Notes under the pieces: model-generated | The model's input: only the letters and a program-made list of their open reading frames with translations | Told to the model about the DNA's origin: nothing | Databases searched by the model: none | Sequence record: MN850578.1 | DNA: 64,000 nucleotides | Strand: one strand, 5' to 3' | From: Escherichia phage nomo | Part shown: piece after piece, positions 57,767-64,000 of the stretch | Numbering within the stretch: position 1 is the stretch's first letter | How the letters are laid out: every line of letters begins with the position of its first letter | Translations under genes and position numbers: made by a program

Positions 57767-58035
57767 TACTCGGCCTCTTCCTTAAAAATTTTAAACATCT
57801 CTTCTTTACTCATTACCAACCAGTCTCCCATAAAGTCAACTAACCAATCTCCCTGGTACAAAACCAAGTTGCCAAACGGCTCAACAAGCTCACACATGCG
57901 ACGAATATCTCTGGTCCGAACAGGTGACGATGTAAACACACCTGTATCAATCCACCGTTGCAGATCAGATACTGATGAAGAGCTTCCATCAAACTGGTGT
58001 GCTTCTACAGGTTTAGCAAGATTAAATAACGGCAT
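57766..58035 (-). CDS. hypothetical protein (89 aa)
   Basis: ORF abutting ligase gene. Confidence 0.4.
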   Translation of the reverse strand: MPLFNLAKPVEAHQFDGSSSSVSDLQRWIDTGVFTSSPVRTRDIRRMCELVEPFGNLVLYQGDWLVDFMGDWLVMSKEEMFKIFKEEAE

Positions 58036-58330
58036 TGCAGTCCTCCTTCTGTAGTAGGTCTTTTATAGGATAAACAAGTAAGTGTGGATCGGAATAACGT
58101 ATAGTCCTATTCTGCCACACTATGAACTTTATTACAACCAAATTTACAATATCTTTATCACCATGTAGCCCAACACACACATTTGTCCATATTTTGTGGT
58201 TGAAGATCTTGCTATCGATGTAGATTTTAGTGTCAAACTTATCTTCCATTCTACCTATAAGTTTGATCAGCTCCTTCATCTGGTCGCCAAACACAGCATC
58301 TTTTTCAAGATCTCTGGAATGCTTGTACAT
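58022..58330 (-). CDS. hypothetical protein (102 aa)
   Basis: ORF in array. Confidence 0.4.
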   Translation of the reverse strand: MYKHSRDLEKDAVFGDQMKELIKLIGRMEDKFDTKIYIDSKIFNHKIWTNVCVGLHGDKDIVNLVVIKFIVWQNRTIRYSDPHLLVYPIKDLLQKEDCNAVI

Positions 58331-58392
58331 AACTAACTACCTCACTGCATACTTTCCATAATAAGTAAAGCCGGGTAATCCCGGCTATGTTG

Positions 58393-59106
58393 TTAAATAT
58401 ACTCTGTTACATCCTTGAAGCTCGAAGGCTTCATAATCTTACCTTTACTGTCAAGGAATATAATAACTTTATTACCGTTGTAGAACTCCTCTTTAGCAAC
58501 GAAACCTTCGTAGCGACCACCAAAACGACGCTCAAGATCTTCAATCTCTAACTCTATGAGCAATTCAGTAGACATATCTGCACTGGCACCGTGAGAATAT
58601 CGTAGATGGTTGATCCGTGCAAACTTGCTGTCATTAGATTTGAGAACCTTCCGCATCATCCCACACACATCGCCGCGAAGCTGGAACAGCAAAGCTGTTG
58701 ACAACTCCGCTAAGCGGTAAGCTGACGCTCTTTGCTTGGATGTGTTTTTCGCAGCGATCAGTGTATCATAGAACTCACCGATCTTGAACTTAAGACCTCG
58801 TGGATTATCAAACAGGTTTGACCACTTTTCGTGATTATCATTAACAAGATAAGCGGCATAACTTGTGACAACGTGAAGATCGCAGGCCTCTTTTAGCAGG
58901 TGATCTCCACCATCACCTTTCTCCAGCTCTTCCAAAACCTCATTGAACTCTTCCTCAATGAAGCTAAGCTGTAATTCGAATGGTGTGTATGATTTTTTCA
59001 CTTTAGCTGCCACACGGTTCCAGTTTTCCACCCAGTTGGCAGACCAAAGGTAGTTTTCAGGCTGAGACAGTTTTTCCAGGTTGTCGATCAGTTTAGTATT
59101 CAGCAT
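58393..59106 (-). CDS. MazG-like nucleotide pyrophosphohydrolase (putative)
   Basis: EEEFNEVLEELEKGD...EACDLHVV resembles MazG EExxE...D motif region. Confidence 0.4.
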   Translation of the reverse strand: MLNTKLIDNLEKLSQPENYLWSANWVENWNRVAAKVKKSYTPFELQLSFIEEEFNEVLEELEKGDGGDHLLKEACDLHVVTSYAAYLVNDNHEKWSNLFDNPRGLKFKIGEFYDTLIAAKNTSKQRASAYRLAELSTALLFQLRGDVCGMMRKVLKSNDSKFARINHLRYSHGASADMSTELLIELEIEDLERRFGGRYEGFVAKEEFYNGNKVIIFLDSKGKIMKPSSFKDVTEYI

Positions 59107-59119
59107 TAAAGGTCTCCTT

Positions 59120-59881
59120 TTAAAGTTCCATAAAGTTTTCTACGGTCTCAATGAATGTTTTATCAGAGAAAGCGTCAACCGCCCCGTTAAACCAAACCGG
59201 GATGCCGCGATCCTCGTACTGGTAAATATCACTACGTGAAATGCCATTCTCCTCTAGATGCTGTGAGTCGTATTTGTTAACGATCAGCAGTTTGGTGCCC
59301 TTATTGCAGGCAGGGAATAGCTCCCAGTTAAAATTGATAACTGTGTTGGAACACCCTACAAGGATAACCATATCATTGCTTGTAAGAGAAGTCAACAGGT
59401 CATACATGTCTGTATACTTCGGAGCTACTTCTCCGAAGAACACCACATTAGGTTTAACCCAGGTATACTTTCCTGCATCTACCTCAGAGTATCCAATGTC
59501 CTTAATGACGTCACTTCCTTCATCGTCCTCATAGACTATTTCTGGCAAATACCCGTGAACATGTAAAATATCTTCATGTTTTACACCAGCACGCTCCAGC
59601 AAATCATCTACATTGGTGGTAAGGTTGATCACACGACCAGACCAGCGGGAATACCACTCAGCGATCCGAAGATGTGCAAGGTTAGGCTCAACACCGCCTA
59701 GAGCTACACGACGTGCATTGTAAAAGTCATGCACCTTGTAGTAGTTCTTGGCAAAGGTGTGGATGTTGCACACCTCATCGATGCTGAAATTCTCCCACAT
59801 TGCAGTGCTACCAGATCGGAAAGTGGGAATACCAGATTCAGCGCTCAAACCAGCACCGGAGATAATAATCAGTCGTCGCAT
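59120..59881 (-). CDS. Sir2-like (sirtuin-fold) NAD-binding protein lacking the canonical zinc ribbon
   Basis: GAGLSAESGIPTFR matches sirtuin NAD-binding signature; no CxxC...CxxC module seen. Confidence 0.65.
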   Translation of the reverse strand: MRRLIIISGAGLSAESGIPTFRSGSTAMWENFSIDEVCNIHTFAKNYYKVHDFYNARRVALGGVEPNLAHLRIAEWYSRWSGRVINLTTNVDDLLERAGVKHEDILHVHGYLPEIVYEDDEGSDVIKDIGYSEVDAGKYTWVKPNVVFFGEVAPKYTDMYDLLTSLTSNDMVILVGCSNTVINFNWELFPACNKGTKLLIVNKYDSQHLEENGISRSDIYQYEDRGIPVWFNGAVDAFSDKTFIETVENFMEL

Positions 59882-59889
59882 AAGTGTCC

Positions 59890-60240
59890 TCAGTAGATGT
59901 TTTGTTTAATCTCTATTCCAAACTTTTTAAACGAGTCAGCTGCAAGCATGAATTTACGAGCCGCTGATGGGTTAGAAGTATGCACGAAAATCTTCACGTT
60001 GTCAACTACAGGGGGCTTACCAAATACAAATTTTTCCTCCAACATAGATAGGCAATCGTACCCTTCGAACAACTCTCCAAGGTCGTTGTCCATGTGCCAC
60101 TCAGAAACGCGTCTGTAGAGCTTTCCCCTATCGTTAATAAAATCTATAAACTCGGAGGAATTCTTTAGCCAAATAGCGTCGGGGAGCCCATAATTTGACG
60201 GATCTCTCAAGTCATCCAGCCACACAATCAACTTCTTCAT
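59890..60240 (-). CDS. hypothetical protein (116 aa)
   Basis: ORF between Sir2-like and ligase-like genes; ATGA overlap. Confidence 0.4.
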   Translation of the reverse strand: MKKLIVWLDDLRDPSNYGLPDAIWLKNSSEFIDFINDRGKLYRRVSEWHMDNDLGELFEGYDCLSMLEEKFVFGKPPVVDNVKIFVHTSNPSAARKFMLAADSFKKFGIEIKQNIY

Positions 60241-61172
60241 TGCATATAGTTCTCGTTGTGGAAATAGTAATCAAGTATCTCACGGCGTTCCTGCTCCAGG
60301 AGGCAGTTCCACACATCTTCTGTGTAATTGTTACGAATGAAGTTTACCATGCCGTAAAACTCTTCGTCAACACGTTTAAAGATATCATCATCCCAAATCT
60401 TCCAAGCTTTACCCCTCATTACGGCCTTCCGTGCCAGGTAGTATGGAGACTTGATCTTCAGCTGCAGGTCATAAGGGTAGTAAGGCTTACGGATCATATA
60501 CCCTTCGCCCCTTGTTTCTGCGGCTAATTCTTTTGCATAGCTGAACGGGATTTCACGCACAGTGTGAGGACGTTTTGCACCAAGGTATTTGGCAATCCCA
60601 TCTAAAGCTGCTTCTGGTAGCATTATTCCAGAATCATTATATCTGCAACCTATCAAATATGCGCCATGGTCTTCTTGAACAATATGCGGATCTGAAGGGT
60701 GACAAATTTCAAACATGAATGTCATGTTTTCATTGCCCATAACCTTCTTGATAAGATCTAAATTACCACATTGCTCTTGGATGGTTTCCTTTGCAAGGTT
60801 ACAATATGGAGAATCAAGAGACCCGGTTGTTGAGAACAATAGGTCACCTTTATGAGATGATACCACACCAAGGAATCCGTTCTTTTTCTCTACCGCAGTC
60901 ACAAGCTTATTGTCAGGCAGGTTGGTGGAGTTTTCTCCCAAGTTAAACACTTTTGTGAAGGGCCATGCCACAACATTTCCTTCATTACCTACAACAATGC
61001 CTCGGCACTCCAGTAAACGAGGGGACAAATGCCATAAATTGTTGTAAAATACTTTTCTAGCATATTTATAGATCTTTAACCCGAGATCTGGGTAATACCT
61101 ACTGGTTACAAGACCTTTGTCAACCAGGTCGTCTGCATTAAAATACTTCATTATACGTTCCTCATTTGTCAT
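60237..61172 (-). CDS. RNA-ligase-like nucleotidyltransferase (putative RNA repair ligase)
   Basis: Motif I-like EKKNG, motif IV-like EGYMIR, motif V-like LKIK; distinct from the DNA ligase at 56483. Confidence 0.5.
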   Translation of the reverse strand: MTNEERIMKYFNADDLVDKGLVTSRYYPDLGLKIYKYARKVFYNNLWHLSPRLLECRGIVVGNEGNVVAWPFTKVFNLGENSTNLPDNKLVTAVEKKNGFLGVVSSHKGDLLFSTTGSLDSPYCNLAKETIQEQCGNLDLIKKVMGNENMTFMFEICHPSDPHIVQEDHGAYLIGCRYNDSGIMLPEAALDGIAKYLGAKRPHTVREIPFSYAKELAAETRGEGYMIRKPYYPYDLQLKIKSPYYLARKAVMRGKAWKIWDDDIFKRVDEEFYGMVNFIRNNYTEDVWNCLLEQERREILDYYFHNENYMQ

Positions 61173-61272
61173 TTTGTCAGTCTATCCTGCCACACAAATA
61201 ACCTAGTGTCAACACTTGAAATTAACAAAACAGTTAGGTATACTACCGTTGAAATTAAAACGGAGGGTCACT

Positions 61273-61683
61273 ATGTCTAAAATGCTATATATCGTGCGTG
61301 GTCTACCAGGGTCTGGCAAATCAACACTGGCGAATGCGCTATCTTTAGAGGGTCTGTATCCACATTTTGAGAACGACATGTTCTGGTATGACGATGACGG
61401 CAATTACAACTGGGATGCAAGTAAAGTAACACTCGCAGCAAAATGGTGCAAAGATAACGTAGAAGATATGATGCGTATGGGATACGACCGTATCGTGGTA
61501 AGTAATACGTTTACAAAAGAAAAACATGTGCAGGAATATGTTGACATGGCAATCAGTCATGGGTATAGTTATACCGTGATCGTGGTTGAAAACCGCCACG
61601 GTAATAAAAGCATTCATGATGTTCCAGACAAGGTTGTGGATCGTATGGAACGCCAGCTTAAAAACTGCATTAAACTTAAATGA
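61273..61683 (+). CDS. P-loop kinase (polynucleotide kinase-like)
   Basis: Walker A GLPGSGKST near N-terminus; RBS ggaggg upstream of ATG 61273; small kinase-only protein. Confidence 0.55.
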   Translation: MSKMLYIVRGLPGSGKSTLANALSLEGLYPHFENDMFWYDDDGNYNWDASKVTLAAKWCKDNVEDMMRMGYDRIVVSNTFTKEKHVQEYVDMAISHGYSYTVIVVENRHGNKSIHDVPDKVVDRMERQLKNCIKLK

Positions 61684-61690
61684 GGAATGT

Positions 61691-62245
61691 ATGAAATACT
61701 TTGTAACAAGCGACACACACTTTCTCCACCAGCGGGTCATGGAGTTTGATTCATGTCAAAAACACAGATCTCAGTATGATCACAATCTTGACAGTATGAA
61801 TGCTGGAATCATCGCCGAGTGGAACTCTGTTGTGTCACCTGCAGACACTGTGTTCCACTTGGGAGATATTGCGTGCACTAATGATAAGAATATCAACAAC
61901 TTACTTCCAGATATTCTAAATATGTTGAACGGACATATTATTCTTGTTCGTGGCAACCATGACACAAGGACGACTGTCAGAATTATGAAAGAGTTCGGTC
62001 ATGAGGTTGTAGATTATTACGAGCTTCGCCACAACAAGAATTTGATCTGTATGAGCCATTACCAGTTTGCAAAGTGGAACAGAAAGCCTCACGGATCAGT
62101 CCAACTGTTCGGTCATGCTCACGGAACCACACAACAGTTGTTTGGCAGGCAGCTTGATGTCGGTTGGGATGTGTGGGGGAGACTCTTACCATTAGAAGAG
62201 GCATACCGTATTGCAATGAGTTTTGATATTGACAGCAGGGAGTAA
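61691..62245 (+). CDS. calcineurin-like metallophosphoesterase
   Basis: SDTHF, HLGDIA, RGNHD motifs of metallophosphoesterases; RBS gagga upstream of ATG 61691. Confidence 0.6.
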   Translation: MKYFVTSDTHFLHQRVMEFDSCQKHRSQYDHNLDSMNAGIIAEWNSVVSPADTVFHLGDIACTNDKNINNLLPDILNMLNGHIILVRGNHDTRTTVRIMKEFGHEVVDYYELRHNKNLICMSHYQFAKWNRKPHGSVQLFGHAHGTTQQLFGRQLDVGWDVWGRLLPLEEAYRIAMSFDIDSRE

Positions 62246-62292
62246 TCCCTGCTATTTTAAAGAAAATTGCCACACAAGGAGAATCAGGAGAT

Positions 62293-62643
62293 ATGAAAGA
62301 TGGGGATAAGCTGCTATATCTTAAAGTCCCCCTTGAAATACTATCTATGTCAAAAGTTTTGAATGACACAACTGGGGAGGTTGTTGTTCTTGACTTGTAT
62401 GACAAGATCGTATACTGCTACCTGCACAACTGGTATAAGCTTGGAGGAAATTCACGCTTCACACCAAGCACAAGGAAAATTGCAGCAGATGTTGGGATAA
62501 AGAAAACAAAAGCAGCAGCGTGCGTTAAAACTTTAGAATGTGCAGGAGTGGTTGAAACATCCACACAAGGGAGAGGTAAAAGATGCACATTTTCCAAAGT
62601 TTTGCCACCAGAAGAAGTTATTCGGATGTCAACAACTGGTTAG
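62293..62643 (+). CDS. putative winged-helix DNA-binding protein (116 aa)
   Basis: RBS aaggag; segment STRKIAADVGIKKTKAAACVKTLECAGVV resembles an HTH. Confidence 0.4.
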   Translation: MKDGDKLLYLKVPLEILSMSKVLNDTTGEVVVLDLYDKIVYCYLHNWYKLGGNSRFTPSTRKIAADVGIKKTKAAACVKTLECAGVVETSTQGRGKRCTFSKVLPPEEVIRMSTTG

Positions 62644-62699
62644 ACCAGTAAAAACTTAAATATCTGTACTATAAGGATTCGTATGTTTTATGTTCGCCA

Positions 62700-62890
62700 T
62701 GGAACGGATACTATTAACTGTCCGTCACGCGGACACATCTGCCCGTAATACGGACACTAACTGTCCGTGATACGGACACATAAAGAATATAACTAAAATA
62801 ACTAAATAATAAAAAATAAAAGATCTAGTACTTATGGTACTAAGTACATATACTTAACTTATGTAGAATATACTAGATCCTAAGTACCAT
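62700..62890. repeat. palindrome cluster: GTCCGT/ACGGAC dyads (e.g. tgtccgtgatacggaca), AT-rich spacer, and long dyad around agatctagtact...agtactagatc
   Basis: Inverted repeats read directly; intergenic. Confidence 0.55.
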
Positions 62891-63282
62891 GTTTTAAATT
62901 TATTACTTACTATGGGCAGTGTCGGCCCTTCATTGGCACTCGCCTACGAGGGGCGAGATGCCGGGCCTCCTTGGTGCACACAATAACAGAAGTTCATACA
63001 TGCAGGTCTGTTAACATGTGTGGGAGCGAAGCGATAGCGCAGGCCAAAGGCCGAGCACTGATGTGGACCACCGACGAAAGCTTGCCAGCGCCGTAAGGAG
63101 TCGGTTGAGAGTCTCCCGCGCGAGCTTGGATGAAGTTTATGTGTGGAAACTGACAAGAAGGCCCCTAAATCGCTCCACAGCTATATAAACTATACCAGGT
63201 AATGCAATCGCACCAGTTTGATAGAAAAGCTCGTTACAAAGCGATACAGTGAGTTTTTCTATAACTTGAAGAGGAGGCAGCT

Positions 63283-63861
63283 ATGGGTTCACGCAAAGAT
63301 GACCGTGAAAAGATTGCAAAACGTTATCAGAATGAAGAACAGATGGAGAAAACTTTCAAGTGGAAGCCCGGTTTCCAGCGTAATCATTCTAACGCTCGTG
63401 ATCGTAAGCATCCGGATAAGTGGCTAACACCGCCAAATGATGGCATGCAGGTTGGGGATGAGAAGGAGATGTCGCCTGGAAAAGATGGCAACTACATTCG
63501 CACTAAGGACGCTGGTCCAAAGGATGACAGCTATCTTGTAGATAAGGTTCTTGATGGTATCAATGTAGATGTTGACACTGCACGAAACCTTTTTCTTGGG
63601 TGGTATCGCACAGGTTTTTTCGACATCAAGGCTATTCGTCGTGTTTGTGATATTAAAAAGTCTGTATATGATGACGACTCGTTACATCGCACCCTGAGAC
63701 AATATTCAGAAAGATATGGTCATCCGGTTATCACTCTTGACGATGTTAACGAAGTGATGTATCATGCAGAGGTTGTTGCAGGAAGATTTGGTGATGCATA
63801 TCTTGATATCCTTTCTGCAAAGGATGAGGTAATGTTAAATAAGATTTACTATGAACGCTGA
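63283..63861 (+). CDS. hypothetical protein (192 aa)
   Basis: Strong RBS agaggagg upstream of ATG. Confidence 0.5.
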   Translation: MGSRKDDREKIAKRYQNEEQMEKTFKWKPGFQRNHSNARDRKHPDKWLTPPNDGMQVGDEKEMSPGKDGNYIRTKDAGPKDDSYLVDKVLDGINVDVDTARNLFLGWYRTGFFDIKAIRRVCDIKKSVYDDDSLHRTLRQYSERYGHPVITLDDVNEVMYHAEVVAGRFGDAYLDILSAKDEVMLNKIYYER

Positions 63862-63871
63862 GGAGCGCTTA

Positions 63872-64000
63872 ATGAACAACCCGGTAGCAAAGAACTGTAA
63901 TAAGTTCAACAAGTCTGCAATTCACACTGACAGGAAAAAGAGCTGGTCTCCTGACATTGACGAGGAGCTTGAGAGTTACTTTGAAGACCTGGTCACTAAT
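63872..64000 (+). CDS. hypothetical protein, 5' portion (continues beyond window)
   Basis: RBS gaggag upstream of ATG 63872; frame open to window end. Confidence 0.35.
   Translation, partial: MNNPVAKNCNKFNKSAIHTDRKKSWSPDIDEELESYFEDLVTN

Noticed and set aside
63050-63095. Hammerhead-ribozyme-like core (ctgatg ... cgaaa)
   Set aside because: The seventh core position and helix II pairing do not fit the hammerhead consensus.
62944-63156. 70-aa - strand ORF in the GC-rich segment
   Set aside because: The Arg/Ser/Pro-rich translation is typical of a spurious ORF in GC-rich structured DNA, and there is no RBS.

Overview
This window looks like the early / DNA-metabolism region of a large virulent tailed phage that relies on host sigma70 RNA polymerase (many near-consensus TTGACA-N16-18-TATAAT promoters). 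All calls rest on reading the translations and sequence by eye; no database search was run. Layout: (1) 1-10,008, + strand: the 3' part of a family A DNA polymerase gene, then about 20 small genes including an SSB-like protein ending in DDDIPF and a macro-domain protein. (2) 10,040-10,900: a gene-free stretch with iteron-like direct repeats, two near-consensus Fur boxes and a conserved GC-rich element. (3) 11,000-21,006, + strand: about 30 very small genes, each with its own promoter and a 5'-terminal GC stem-loop, plus a repeated ~47-bp palindrome-containing promoter element. (4) 21,050-23,500: a 2.5-kb non-coding convergence zone full of repeats. (5) 23,500-61,172, - strand: tandem paralogous small acidic proteins, a ribosome hibernation factor (RaiA/HPF) homolog, Dam-like methyltransferase, ClpP-like protease, PhoH, NrdG, nrdD interrupted by an HNH endonuclease insertion, glutaredoxin, nrdB, nrdA, ThyX, nucleotide-metabolism enzymes, junction resolvases, an RNase H/FEN-like nuclease, lambda R-type endolysin, ATP-dependent DNA ligase, MazG-like protein, a Sir2-like protein and an RNA-ligase-like gene. 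(6) 61,273-64,000, + strand: P-loop kinase, metallophosphoesterase, a putative DNA-binding protein, a palindrome-rich and GC-rich non-coding stretch, and two further ORFs. The most interesting candidates are the Sir2 + RNA ligase + kinase + phosphatase cluster, the tandem small-protein paralog array with an embedded HPF homolog, and the Fur-box / promoter-hairpin cassette region.
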